Shown: positions 13,431 to 27,495, numbered from the whole stretch's first letter. The stretch is 61,783 nucleotides of DNA, filler included, from Choristocarpus tenellus KU-1152 (GCA_964200185.2; 6 parts of 6 records of this genome joined end to end with filler, not necessarily neighbours in it); one strand, 5' to 3'. Notes: generated by a model from the sequence alone, not told the origin. Numbers and translations are program-made.

Positions 13431-14239
13431 TAATTAATGGCATCTCACAATTTGATACTAGAGCTCTATGGGTACAGTGTTTGGTTGACCTTATTACGTT
13501 GAAATCGTGACTGCATTTACTTGGAGCAATTCAATAACTCCACGATACTTCAAGGCATTTGACATTGCATACAGATGTTCTGCTCTACGATAATATGGTT
13601 TTTGGAGTATTTATTTGTAGTAATAGCAGTGTTCAAGTACTTTTGTATTGTTTTACTATCAAGTTGGTATGATACGCTTCAAAGACCACGTGCTTTCAAT
13701 CTACTCCTTTTTGAGATTTTGAAGTTCAGAAAAAGTAATGTAGCGAAATACATACATATATTATGCTTGGAGAAATATAACAGTGTATGTAGGCTTCATA
13801 GTCGTACACATCATACTTTGAAGATTGATATGTACATATTATACATGAGACTTCCACAACATTCCACAGTATGTGTTGTAGATGTGGACGTTACATACTT
13901 TAAAGTGTACTGTGTTTTTAAAAGATGTACTTCAATATGGTCAACATAGTAATTTATACTTGAAAAGCATTCTCCGCAATGTTATCACTTGCCACAGACA
14001 GAATGGGGAGTATGGTGTGTGTGCCTTCACCTCTATAATGGGTCGACCTCTCCCACACCCATCACGCTGTCCATTAGACAGTGAACAACAAGTAGCAAGT
14101 GGACTTGAACACTTTTACCTTGGTGCATTTTTTGATGACTGCCCCTTAGGGCATGGTATGATGTAGAATTATACCAAAGAAATTTTATTCAGGCTGGAGT
14201 AGTCCCTCTAATAATTGATAATATTAATAACAAATGCAG

Positions 14240-17200
14240 GTTATTCTGCAGTGCCAAGGCCAGAGTGTATCAGGTGGTGGATGAAGACACCTCCAAGAAC
14301 ATCAACAAGGGCAAAGGCAAAAGTAAAAGCAAAGGCAAGGGCAACACTGGCAAAGTCAGTTATCTTCAGAGCTCAAGGTGACCTGTGGGCCTGGGGATTC
14401 TGAGTTTCCCTATCCTCCCCTGAATCCCTTGGGTCGATCATAAAGAGTGAAATCAAATCGTTGTCAGCGTAGTTGTCATGATTTGTAAGTTTGCGCAAGG
14501 AATTTTCTTCTCAAGGGTCATATATCTTCAACTATATATTTTTTAATTTTATGAAGTAAACAGAGATGATGTGAGAAGAACGACCAAGCCTGAAAAATCC
14601 AACATAGTCTCAATGCCTGCTGTCTTATATAGAAACTCTCCACTTTGTGCCTACATTAACCATGCATATTCTACCATTGTTTCAACGTGACTATTTCATA
14701 TTGTGTATATATGTTTCTGTACCTATTCAGCTCTGTCTCATCTGCTTGTCATGATATTGTCCTTGGGAGCATTTTTTACTATTTTTATTTTTATGTTGAG
14801 AAAATTATGCAAGGCCAATATTGCTGCACTACCTACCACCCTCTCTTACTGCAAGCCCTACATTGTTCCTAAATACTTTTGAGATGAGACAGGGTTTGAA
14901 ATGTTTCGAAATGTTGCCCTTTGAATGAATTGATGAGCAATACCTTGACTGAAACCCAATTATCTCAGCTTTGTTTTAGACAGGATTTTGGTTCAGTCGG
15001 CAGTACGGCATGGCCTAGAAGAAAAAGTTGACAGTATATTTGGAATCACTACTACTGTTTGAGGTGAATGGATAACACTATACTGCTAACTAATGGCTAA
15101 CTGCTACTCCCCAAGTTGGTGGAGAGAGCAACATTTACGTGTTGTTGGTAACCTCACCCGAATATTTTTTCCGTTTTAAATCCCTGAATCGCAACGTTTG
15201 CTTCCTGCAGAGAAATCGTTTAGCAACAAAATTTAGTTCCAAACAGGAAATGATAATCTGAGGTATTGCTTTTCCGTTCAATACTGTTCTTCTTGATCAA
15301 TTCGTGGGCTAACATCTTGAGACACTAAAAATCAATGTGTGACCCACACAACCTTCTGGTCATACTGTACAAATTTGTGGAGGGCAGCACATGGTGCCCA
15401 AAATGGGTACTCCCATACAAATGATTCATATAGATATGGGCAAAGGTTCTCTGCCTACCTTGTTGGGCTACTGCTGGCGTTGTCGCAAGCAGGGAGGGAA
15501 GGCATATTGGCTGGTGATTGTGGTTTTGTTGCCAAGAAGGGGAGTTGGTGCTCTTCGAGTGGAAGAGTCCTGGGTTGTGACTGGAGTAAGGAAAACTGGC
15601 TTGAGACTGGGATGGAGAGCGTGCGTTTTTCAAGACCCTTAATGCTGAGGGAACGACTGCAGATCATAGGGAAGCAGAAGTCTGGTGGCAATTGCATATC
15701 AAGTGCACAATCTGCAATGGCATGAGACCTTCGCGAGAATGCAGCACCTTAGCAAGGGACAGACTCACCAATGCACGAAAAATCGATCGGTCCATCTCTT
15801 GCTTTAGGTGTTGCATTGCTGTGAAAGCTCACACTGGGTTGGTCTGTTGTTCAATCTGTGCACTTGATCCGCTGTTGCTTCCAGGCTTCTGCTTTCCTAT
15901 GATCTCCAGTCATCCCTCGGTGATGAGAGTTTTGAAGAATGCACACCCTCTATCCCAGTTACAGTACAGTGTCCACTGATTCTGTCGCAAGTCAGGACTC
16001 TTCCACTTGAAAAGCACACAGCAAAGGTGAAGTGTGTGCATCAGCAGGAGCTCGGAGAGAAGCAAGGTTAGGAGGCAGAGGAGTTGCATCATCAAGGCAT
16101 TCTATTCTCTCGACAGTGTTGTCAACAACATAAAAGAGACCAATGATGAGCCAGACAGGGCGTTTACTGATGACCTGTCTCATCACCAGATCATGCACAA
16201 GCTACTGCAGTCGCAAGCTCTAAGGATGCACTATGTACTTCTCCTGCACAGTATGACTTAGAGAGTCTTCAGGAATTGTTTGTTAGCTTTGTCCACACAC
16301 ACCCTGATAGGGTGTGGAAATAACAAGATTATTCATATTTGGTCAAGGAAAAGGTGCCCGTTACCCAATGTGAAGAGATGACTGCTGGGAGAGGGAGATG
16401 TGAGGGAGCAGTGCATGACCCAAATTTTTCCAAATGCCTTGAAGAAAGGAGAAACAATGCCATGGTGGTGGAGGCGGCATATGATGGGCAAGACACCCTC
16501 CCTGACATACACACATCATGTATTCTGGGTGAGAATGCCAAGCTATTGTACGAAGTCTGCATTAATACGGTGCTGTGGTGCATATGGAAAACTAGGTCCT
16601 GCTATGATACACTCAAATTGTCCCTCTACTTTCATAGACAGTCTTGAGAAGGCCACTTCATGGGTTGTTGGGGAGGAGGAACTGAAGAAGCTTCGGCTGG
16701 ACGTGGTCGGCCTCATTTGGCTGAGTATGCACCAGCACTTCAAGGAGACCTTCACTATGTTTCTGTGAGGGCTGACACTGCACAATCACCAGGAAGAAGA
16801 CGTTTGAGGAAGGGAAGTGGGTACTATTCTGCCTCCAGGATGGACATGCTCAATGGTAAGCTATAGTCTTGATACCTTGAGCGTTCATCTCGGTCATAAC
16901 TTGGTAGACTACTCCATAGTGCATTACTTGTGTGTCTGTACATTTCCTTGCATCTTTTCCACTCCATGCTCCTTGAGTTGACATGGCCAAAACTAGACAT
17001 TGTGCTGGCCTGGCATCGCAGCTTTGAAGAACACATCCGAAGCCTCATGTATATTTGTTTCTGGAAGTGTGAGGAGGGATGGCTTCCTGTGTGCAACAAA
17101 TGACAAGGTTGATTAGGGCACATGAATCCGGAAGCAACTCTGTGGGACTGAAGCAGTCAAAAGCCACTAAGGAGAGTTATGCCAGTGGGAAGTTGAAAGT

Positions 17201-20200
17201 TGGCCAGATAATATATATGCTTTACACACGGACTCTGACTGATAGAGGCGGACGTACCACCTCTTAAATTAAGGAAAGAACCGTGAAGGGTACTGGAATG
17301 TGTCCAAAATGTTAGGTCAAACTGTGGATGTGATGGATGTGCTTGCAGTATTTCACTGTGACGATGTATTGGTTTTCTTCCTTGACTGGTTTTCATGCCA
17401 TGAGTGCCCAGAAGATGATGTGGCAAGCATCTCCAAGATGAACATGAGGGTAGGCGGTCAGGGGAAGAGGGAAAAACTGCTCAATTTGAATCCAACCCAG
17501 TTGCTGGCCGATATACCTGTTCTGAAGGCTTGAATGATGCAAACCCTTACCTTGGGGGAGTAGGAAAGGTCAGCAATAGATTCTCCAAATATGCCCCAAG
17601 GAGGAGTACTTGGATCAAGTGAAGGGTATGAAGCAAGCTTTTCAGGAGGGATATTTATAGTAGGAATGATCAAAGATGGGGATGAGAACAAGGACCAGAA
17701 TATGTCGATGACACATGTTCTTGGAAAGCAGCAAGATTTATTGGCAGTAGAGTTCAGCCTCGAGATCTTGGTTGAGCGACTAGGAGGGTACTACATAATG
17801 GCTCCAAAATGTCATTGTGAGGTCAACCTTTCAGAGAAAAAGTGGAGGGAGGGTGGGGAAAATATTTTGTTTGTAGAAACTGCTCCTGCACATTGCCGAG
17901 ACAGAAAGAAAATTTCTATCTGTTCGAAGTCGGAGGGGGACCTTCAAGAGAGAAAGTCTGAAGGTACTGCAGGAAAGCTCAGGCCTACCACCCCCTTCTT
18001 TCAGCACTTACAACAGCTTAGAGGATGTCAACCTTGACTTGGAGTAGAAGAATTAGATGTCTTACTGCAGGTTCATCCTTCAGAATACCTAATCTAGATG
18101 ACATGCATGAAGTAGTAATACATGGTACAATTTTATCATCCAAACACCTAGCTAGTTCATGGAGGGAGCTTTCAACACAACCTCTTTTGTGGTAAAATTC
18201 GCTCTATTTGAGGAGTTCTGGCCTGACAAAGCTTCCCATGCCCTGCTCCAGTGTGGAGGTGGATGGAAGGGCATCCAAATATCTCGATTTTAGTGTGGAT
18301 TTTGTTTATTATGGAAGCAACCAACAAACGATGTTAATCACCTGGCAAACAAGGTCGAGCATGAACATGTAAACATTGCATCACTTTTGTGGTGAAATTC
18401 GCTATTCATCATAAGTTCTGCTACAACAAAGTTCATCCCAGGTGTGATTAGGAACACTATAGCCCCATCCAGTTGGTTTGTACCATTCTATAACCTGTTC
18501 TCTGACCTAGTTATTGTACAACTAGGTCGGAGGCGGAGGATGGGGCAGGGGCAGGGGCAGAGAGTCGGTTTTCCCTGAAGGTGGTTGTGGAGGAAAATCC
18601 GAAGTGGACTTTGGCACAGGATGTCCTGGATGAGATTGGCAGTCTATATGAGGTGAGAGGTGAGAGGACTGGTGTTGTGCTGATCTATTAATGTTGCAAG
18701 GTACTGACCATATCGATACTTCACTAATGCTGGAATAGTCTTGTAGCAGTGTCAACCCTATGTTTCTGCGTTTCAGTGTACAGGACTACAGTGTGCATTT
18801 GCATTACATTATCATCGTACAACCACCATCTCCATTTGGCATCTTACACAATGTGTCGTGCTGCAGACTTTGGTGTTGGAAATTATAGGGATTCCAAGTC
18901 ACACATCCCTCCGTCCATTCATCCACACATCCATGCGAACATATATCCATCAATCCACCCCCCCATCCTAATCAACCATCCACCCATTGAATCATACAAC
19001 CCCAATTGTTTTTGGTTAGACTCAACGAACAACTTTGCAAGTCACACGACGCAGCAGCAAAGATGGCGATGATGGTGACGAGGAAGTTACTGAAGAGGAG
19101 GAGGTAGAAGTGGCTGGCGGAGGTAGGGTCCTTGTCTTGGTTCGGGATGAGCACACCTCCACCCAGCTGAGACAGCATGCTGCTTTGGGAGGGCGTCTTA
19201 TGATGAAGAAACGCTTCTTGGAGTGAGTGAGATTTATACTCTACTTATTTATTTGCCACATAGAGCTCAAATCCACAGTGTTGAAAGGTGAGGTGTAGCT
19301 ATCACTAGGAGTGCTGTAGCTGATAAAACAATCAATTCGATCACTCTCCAGAGACAAATCCACAGTATTGAAAGATGAGGTGTAGCTATCGCTAGGAGTG
19401 AAGCTGTTTGGTAGTTGTACCTGTTGTCGGAACAAAAACACGCATGAAGAACCTTACCCTGCATACAAGCAACGTGAAGTCACATAGCACTGATTCAATT
19501 TTCAGTTTCTATGTACATATTTTGCCTTGGTCATTTTTTTTTTGTCCGAGTTTCATGCTTCACTTTATGCTATTTTTGATGAAAAAGTGCTACGCTTGCT
19601 GTGATCATCAGCCATGCAGAGTTTTGTGGTTTTGAGTTGAAAAGTTGCAGCAAGAGCTCTTTGTTTTGCAAGATGTTCTGAGCTGAACAGAAAGTGTAGG
19701 GAGCACTTTGGGTGTGGATTGTTGGTCTCACCATATATATGCCCTCGGTAGTGAGTGGATAAAGCTCATTTTCTGGCAGATTGGCTTAAGAGTTAGCCTC
19801 TGGATATGGCGGGGGTCAGTGTCGCTGGATAGACGGATAATGTCTCGCACTCATCTTATGCGCCTCCTCTGCGACTCATGCCAGGGCATCTTGTCTGTGA
19901 ATGAGTCAAAGCATTTTTAGAGGGTAGGAGTTTTGCCCTGTTTGTCCATTTGAGCGTTGGGTTCCCACGGGTTTTTTATGGCCTTTTTCGGTTTCTGTAT
20001 GAACACAGTTACCTAAATTGTATATGACTATGAAAGGCCCGGATCAAGGATATTGACACTTGCTAACAAACACGATAGCCAAAATGAATATAAATCAAAA
20101 CATTGGATTTATGTTCCCAAACAGACGCGGCCCTATATACAGTGTCTCGACAGAACTAGTGACACACTGGAGTGTAAGAGTGGTGCTGAGGCTTGATCCT

Positions 20201-23200
20201 GAAATACAGTGTGTTTGTTTCTTACTAAGAGAATTGTGTGCTTGTTGAGATGTAGTATATATATAAGTTGGAATATACTGAGTTAATATGCTACCTGAAC
20301 AATACCATCTTGAGATGTGTCCTCTAAGGACTGTCATTGTCAGCTGTGATCTTACAACTTTGGTATTTAAAACAAAATTAACTTCCTTACCCGCGGTATC
20401 TGTACAGTATGTCATGTTGGGATTCTACTGAAGTAGAGATGTTTATACCAGAGGTTAGTACATTTGGAGGGTTTGCGCAAATGGTGGATTGTATTGTAAT
20501 TGAAGGTAGTGTAGTCTAACTTCAGATCTTTTGTTAGCACAGGCCTATATTTTAGTGCTGAGCGCTTGCATTGGGTGAAATAGTATATATATATATATAC
20601 ATATATATATAGGTGGCGGCGCCATTAGTCATACTGCTAGAGTCACCCAAATCAAAGAAACATTTCTCATCCTAGCATTCCCACCTGATATGTCTCTGCT
20701 GCAGTACCAAGAGAATACTGGAGTCTCAACGTCTCACTGCTGCTGTTGCTGGACTATTGTTCTGCAGTCCCAATCAACCCCTCAAGCTTGTTAGACACAA
20801 TTGTCACATATTGACGACACATCAACCCCAGGTGGCCCTTCTAGTCACCTTTGAAACAATATCTTGAGGATGTACAGCCTGCATTGCGGTGTGCCCTGGA
20901 ATCCACAACTTCCTCACTTGACGCCCTCTAGCAGGTGTTGCGACTCCCTTCCGGGTGCTGTTGATTTCAGTAGTGTTGTAGTCTTGCGGTTGGGGCACTC
21001 CCCTGCCCTTTGCCCTTTTGTGTTCCTTAGCCTCTCGCTCAAGGATTAAGTACCTCGACTGGGCAGCTTCCTTAATCACCACGCTTGTCCTTTTCTTCTC
21101 TCCATGCTGTTGGAGACAATGGTTTGTGGTCAAGTAGCCATCGCTCAAACGGTTGAGCATGGCGATTGAGACGGTTGTTCAGATATCTATTGCCTCATCA
21201 TCACGAGCTCACGGACCCCGTTAGCCATGTTGGCTAAGGTTGCCTTGGGTTCTGACCGTGATGGCATCGTGACCGTGAGTACCTTTCTTTGGAGTTGTGC
21301 TGTCTCCTCACCCGAGTGGACAAGAAAAAAATGCCTTCAGCTTCTTTCAAGTCTCTGATGGTAATGATGCATTCCTCATTATAATGCGGTCCAGCCTGTT
21401 ATCGCTCCTCACGAGGATATCATGCGCTTTTTCTCTCCCTGACAGTTTCTTCCTTGCTTACATCTTCAGGCTTATCTAACGACTCATCACCAACGCGAAG
21501 AGGTTCTTTCATCTCTTCCAGACCTACTTCCAAATCTTGTTTTGACCCTAGAAAATTGATTGATTGTGTGGTGGTGAACCAGTCCACATTTTTGTTTGGA
21601 GTGAAGTTGCAGCATCTTTGTTTGGAAGAAACTATCTTGAGGTCATCGCTGTGAGTACTGTCTCTTATCCTACCACCCCAATCGATTGTGCCTCCCTTAC
21701 CTACAGATTGTATTGCTCAAATGTGTTGAAGCTTGTGTGATGTGCAACTTATCGCTAAGCTGCCAGTAGGGTATGATCCAAAGGATACTGAATCATCATC
21801 CTACTGTAGTGGGTGCCCCTCATACAATGAGACTATCCCCAAAGTACATGTAGCACTGAGTGATGTGGTAAATTGCTATCTGCATCTAACTGAGCATATC
21901 ATGTACACTATGGCACATTGTTAATGCTTGTTTCACCAACTACGTGAAACTGCACATGAAGCCATTGCTCCATGTTTTGTGCTTGTACCAGCAATACCAA
22001 TATAATCAGGATGCAGTTTGCTGTGACACTCTCCACAGGCCTCAGGGATGATGAAGGACCAACATGGTTGGTTGGGTCTGACTAGTATGGTTGTGCTGGT
22101 GGAGATGCTTGTCAGTCACGTGGTGGCCACCATTTCGCCTATGGGTGCTGACATGAGTACTGTGTTCACTCCCTGTACTAGAAAAGGCACACTGGACGCT
22201 GATTTGGGGGATTGTGCTGCAAATGGTTTGAATATGGACAGTGTTGGAGATATTTCATGGCAAATGCCTCCTATTGACCCAATGTGGAAAATAAAGCAAT
22301 TCTATCGGAACAAGTGGCGCTAGATGTATGGCATCTGTTACTAACTCCACAGTCATGGTATACCCTATGTGTAGTAACTTAATGACCAAAGCAGGGTTAC
22401 TCACCCACACTGGCTTATCTCAAGAGGTGGAGATGCCTTTCTCCCAGCTTATGGCTGAGTAGTCACCTAAGAGTAAACTGTACTGAATGGTAGTTGGATG
22501 ACTGACCTTGTGTCTGTCTGTCTGTCTGTCCGTCTGCCTGTCTGCCTGCCTGCCTGCCTGTATGTTGATCTTCTTTGTTGGTCGGCAATGATCTGTTAAC
22601 AATCAAAATAAGATTTATTGAAGATACTGAAGAGCGTTCTGGAAGGATTGCTGCTGCCAAACAGGGTCGTCGCTGGAAAGGGGCAAGATCCACCGAATAC
22701 AGCAAGAGCTACTGGCGACAAAAACAGAATCAGGGCAGGGGCATGACTGGTGTGGGAATAGGTGCAATGCCACATCTCCCTTCCTCCGCTACCAACTCTT
22801 TTCCTGGTGTGGGTGAGACACATTTGGGTAGGGGAGGGGGAGGGGAGAGCACTATAATTGTATTTTGTATAATATCCTCTGCCTTTCTTGATGTGATCCT
22901 GATTTTTTGCTCCACCTTCTGTTGGATGTTGATACAGCATTTATGTTTTTGATATTACTTGAAATTAAATTTGAATTACTGAAATTTGGTACACCATTCG
23001 ACATAATGTTTGATTTCATACTTTGTACATTAATCCAAAAATGACTGCCTGCATATATGGGGGCCAGTGGCATATATTGATTGGTTGATAGGTTCGAGAG
23101 GGTAGAAAAATGAAGCATTTTCGTTTTTTTCATCAACATGTCATAGCCTACATTGTGTTGACACATTTGTTTGTTCTGTTTGTTTGTTTTGGTAGAGGGC

Positions 23201-25480
23201 ACTTCAACTTCAAAGGAGGTCGCTGCAGCAATAGAGAGGCAGCTGCTCAAACAAGCAGGAGCTGAGCTCAAAGCAGAACTAGCGCATTGCTCAAGGATCT
23301 ACTACAAGAAGGAGGGTGGTGTTGAAGAGGATGGGCTGAGGTGAGAGAGGACAAAATTGATGGGGGCAACGTATATATATATATATCTAGAGGAGGTTGC
23401 TTTCAGTGGAAAAAAGTTTATGTTCACTGATAGACATCTTTATTGCTCTGCAAGTGCTAATGTTAGTACTGTCTGCAAGTGAGTGAATTCCAACAAAGAT
23501 AGCTTCTGCAACTTGTACACATCCTAGATAGGTTTACATTTTAGTTAGACCGTGGGCAGGGTGGCGCATTAACTATGTTAGTGGGTTATGGTACTTTTAA
23601 AGGTGCATTTCAGGGATGGTCTTGACCACAACCAGGGAGGCAGTTGTCATCCACTGACTTTTGTGACAGGCAGCGTCAATAACCAGTGGTTGGTGCGATG
23701 GTGTATACAATATACTATTGATGGATTTTATTCACAGTGTTGACCTTCCTGCCAACTCAAGCAACATTGCAAGGCATGTATTATAAACAAGTACATCTGA
23801 TTGAGTCAATGCAACGCTTGAAATAGGGGTGTTTAAGCTTGCGAAAATCACCATGAAGAGCATCAGAGAGAAATGGTTGCATCTTCTCCTCACCAGGCAA
23901 AGCACCAGGCCATCCCTTACGTAGCACATGAAAATTTAGGTGCTTTGAAGTAATCGAAATTGTGACTGCTGTCATGTGATGCGATTTTTTTTCGGGCTAT
24001 ATGTGGCCTGAATTGTGTTCTGATTCTTTAGTTTTGCATGAAGGAGACGTATCTGCATGTGGGTGCAATGATTGCCACATTTGGCAAGTCATTCAAAAAC
24101 CTGATTTTTTTTATTTTTTAAAATGTACATTATACCAAATAAAAACAAGCACAAGTAGCAGTCACGTATACCACGAGAGAAATTGCTCTTTTTGCCTATT
24201 TTTTCGCGATTTTTTGAGTCTAAAAAATCATATACCACAAGTGGCAGCATCAAGTTAGAAATTGATGGTTTGACAGGATGATATTGTAAGCATTTTCCCA
24301 TTTGCTGGGTTTTTGTAGAGACTTGTGATGCCGGAATTTGACGTAAGATTTTCCTGTCTCACAAGTCCATGCATTTAAAAAAAAATGAAATATCGTAAGG
24401 ATTCATGTATGTATTTTTTTTTAACATTGAAGTATTTTGTGTTTGGTCAGTACTCCAGAATAGAGGTTGTGCACGTTAGACAAAGTATTTCATCTGGAGT
24501 ATATGCATAAGAGGTTTTCCCTCTTATCATTTATCAAGCACTGACTCAATCTCACATTAAAACCAATAATACTTCAAACACCTTGTTCAGTGTGATTTAT
24601 TGACTATTTTTTATTGATAGAGCTCTGTGCCATCCTGTCAAACATCATGCTTACCTCTTCATCTTGGCTGTTCCAAGTGTATTGTGGTATGTATGGAGTA
24701 TTTTTATTCTAGTGATACAGCAAAAATATTTGTGCTGTCATGTCCCCTATATTATTATTATCGCACACACACATACATAAATATATATTGACACTCCTTC
24801 AAGAAGGTGTATTATACTGATGACTCAGTGCAATTTACAGGTGGTAAGTATTGCTTCTTGAATTTGATATGAATCAGTTACAACTCCTGAAATCTCTCCA
24901 CCACTGCTGCCACAACCTTGGGAGGCAGTGGCAGCAACGTCACCTACAGCAATTACCAAGGCACCATGTCAGGAGAAAACATTTTGGAGGAAGGAGAAGA
25001 GGGGAGGGGGAGGGGTAGAGGAGGAAAGAGGAAAGTACGTGGAGGGTGTAGCAGCCATCGCAGTAGCCATGGGAATGGCTCTGGGCGCTACAGTACAACC
25101 CTGGAGCAATCTGAGGGGACAGGCTTCACCTCTCACCAAGACGTATTAGTTTTGGATGAGGCAGAAGGGGGGGGAGAAGGGAGAAGAGTAAAAGCTGATG
25201 ATGGGCTGAGGACCAAGCGCCGGAAGCTTGATGGTGGTGGGGTTGAAGGTGGGGGAGAGGGTGGGGGGGAGGGCAATGATGATGTGGACACAGTGGAAGT
25301 GTTGCGGGTAGAAAATAGTTTAATGTCTGATCTCACCTCCACTGTTGCTACAGAGGTAGAGGCGATGTCAGAACAAGATCCTAACCTTAACTGTAGAATG
25401 GATTCCAACTCTAAGGGCAAACGTAAGAAGGTTCTTCTTTCAGCAGTCGGTGAGGGGGATGGGGAAGAAGGGGCAATGGG
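14240..25480 (+). CDS. ERCC4: DNA repair endonuclease XPF/ERCC4/Rad1, internal exons 14240-14377, 18526-18652, 19020-19222, 22613-22812, 23196-23340, ~24929-25480 (runs into gap)
   Basis: Phase-consistent GT-AG exons. Motifs LFCSAKARVY, VVEENPKWTLAQDVLDEI and GRVLVLVRDEHTSTQLRQHAALGG match the XPF helicase-like region (ARARVY / LExNPKWxxLxxVLxEI / VLIxxxDxxTCxQLR). The nuclease domain and 5' exons are not in the window; the last acceptor could be 24929, 24935 or 24950. Confidence 0.88.
15548..16017 (+). repeat. Long diverged inverted repeat (arms ~15548-15764 and ~15790-16017) in an XPF intron
   Basis: Arm 1 gtgctcttcgagtggaagagtcctg...agatcatagggaagcagaagtctgg...atcaagtgcaca aligns with the reverse complement of arm 2 at roughly 75% identity (manual alignment); loop ~25 nt. 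Confidence 0.85.
16030..18040 (+). mobile_element. Decayed transposase-like relic in XPF intron, possibly KDZ family
   Basis: Fragmented ORFs with AYDGQD..LLYE, WFSCHECP, SGGIF, EILVERL..YI.APKC and LFVE..AHCRD....CS in an order reminiscent of KDZ transposases. Heavily degraded. Confidence 0.3.
19268..19400 (+). repeat. 46-bp direct repeat, two copies 87 bp apart
   Basis: caaatccacagtRttgaaagRtgaggtgtagctatcRctaggagtg at 19268 and 19355. Confidence 0.9.
19903..19990 (-). mobile_element. Partial copy (one end) of the ~260-bp MITE family
   Basis: gagtcaaagcatttttagagggtaggagttttgccctgtttgtccatttg matches the end of the 56519-56776 copy. Confidence 0.75.
20820..22350 (-). mobile_element. Decayed ORF with zinc-finger/knuckle remnants in XPF intron, likely DNA-transposon derived
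   Basis: Minus-strand readings ACGECHSKLH and GVK*GSCGFQGHT, with multiple stops and frameshifts; antisense to XPF. Confidence 0.3.
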
Positions 25481-25580
25481 NNNNNNNNNNNNNNNNNNNN
25501 NNNNNNNNNNNNNNNNNNNNNNNNTTAATTAATTAANNNNNNNNNNNNNNNNNNNNNNNNNNNNNNNNNNNNNNNNNNNN
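25481..25580. other. Artificial contig spacer
   Basis: N44-TTAATTAATTAA-N44. Confidence 0.98.
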
Positions 25581-27427
25581 GGGTCAAACTCATTCTCCAT
25601 AAAAAGCTCCATCCTCAATTTTGGTGATCGGCTGTTAAGTAGTTCTTCTACAAAACCACAATACCCTCCAAACATACACTGCGATATGCTATATACATAC
25701 ATAATATGCAACACTTGGCCAGCTCTATCTGTCCACCACTACCTGCTTTCGTCTTATGACCGTCTGTGGTCAAAACGCCATACAGCATGCACAGGTGTCA
25801 AGTGCCATGTGCACCAGACAGTGAGAACAAGTTGCGGAGTCTCGATAAGGGTTAGTTGCAAAATGCTCGTACCCACACGAAACAAGGGCTATGCATGTAC
25901 CAGAAGTGGCAGGAAAACACATGGCAACAGAGTCGAAGTAAAGGAGAGGTACCCAGTTTTGGGCTTCTTGAATTTTAGGCCGCTTTTTTCATCTTTTACC
26001 TTTCACCCTTACTTCTATGATGGTTGAAGTGCCAAGATTGACTCCAGAGGGTTGATTTCTCTATTGATTTTCAATTTTTGACACAATTCCAGAAAAGTCC
26101 CTGCACGTATTTGAACAAAAAGTCGAATTAGGCACATTTGTCAAGCATCCAATGCAACCCTGAGTACCTCTCATTTGCTTTGACTCAACATTCAATAGAC
26201 TCTAGCGCCACCACCATTGTGCCTCTCTCCCTCGCATCACAAGTTGGGTCCATGTTCACTTGCTTCTCACACCTCTCAACTGCTCTGTTCCACCCACATG
26301 CCCGCAAGCAGTGCAGGCAACTCCAAAAGGAGACCAAAGTCTTGTAAAACGACATGAATTTCAGTGAAAAAATTGAGATATGTTTATGTTAATGGAGCAA
26401 GGTGTAAAGATATTGTTGAAGTTTATTCTTAATAGGAGTAGTAGTGTTGGGAATCGAAAGAATCGATGACTTAGTCAAAGATTTCGGGGAAATTGACCAG
26501 GGGTAACAATTCTGCCTCGCATATTAATATCCTAACTTCTCGAATACACAATAATTTTAGTGAGTGTGACAGATTGTCACGATCGCTTACAAATCTCAAA
26601 ATTATGTTTTTTTAAATCACTGTTATCAATGGTGACGATATTTACACTACTAAAAAGTTGCCTAAATTATTGAGGGATGAAAACGTATTGCAAACATAGG
26701 TATCAATATGTTGTAAAAAGACGTTTTTGCCGATCAGAGTGAAACAGCTACCTTGTGGAAGGCGTCTCCATTTTGACTTACGCTTGGGTTTTACTTGACG
26801 GATTGCTGACATTGAAATGTCCATCAGGACCTACTCTTCAGGAGGAACCCAATGGTGGCCATCCCTCTCTGATTGGTCCTATGCGAGGATATCATTTTAG
26901 TGAGAGTATGCATCGTCATGTTTGGTAGTTTATATTTTAGCGAGTCTACTCATCACCATTGTTCTGAAAGGTATCCATTTGATTTAATTGAAGCATGCAC
27001 GCACATTCCAATGCTTCAAAAGGTCCCCTAGCTGAGAGGGGAATTCGCTGGAGGGATGGAAGTTTGGACTTACACGTTAATATCTTTACTTCATCAGTCA
27101 AGGACCTACACAGATACCCACCCAATGGTCAGAACTATTATTACTCACTGTTTTATTCATTAGGTGTGAACGACTGTCTGTTGCACCACAACTAATTTTA
27201 CTCCCCCGTCTGTGCCTTAATTTTTCTCGCACACTGGATTCGCCCATCCTACCACTAGCCATTCCACCTCCCCCTCGAATCTTGAGCAGTACCCACCTGA
27301 CTGCAACGAAGCCTTCCCAACACGGTTCGGGTTTTCCACATTCTATATTGTGGGGTAGCTATAGGCAGGAGGGTACAGGTGTTCCGTTGTCCTTTCCACA
27401 TGGTCCATCAAAGTCAAACTCCCCTGA

Positions 27428-27495
27428 GAGTGAAAGTATCTTAAAGGGTACGAGTTTTTCCCTGTTTGTCCATTTGAGGCTTGACTTTCCACTCC
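27428..27495 (-). mobile_element. Partial copy (one end) of the MITE family
   Basis: gagtgaaagtatcttaaagggtacgagtttttccctgtttgtccatttgaggcttgac. Confidence 0.8.

Noticed and set aside
13575-13949. 124-aa ORF and most other 60-150 aa ORFs in the supplied track
   Set aside because: Low-complexity, antisense or repeat-derived frames with no motifs or splice support.
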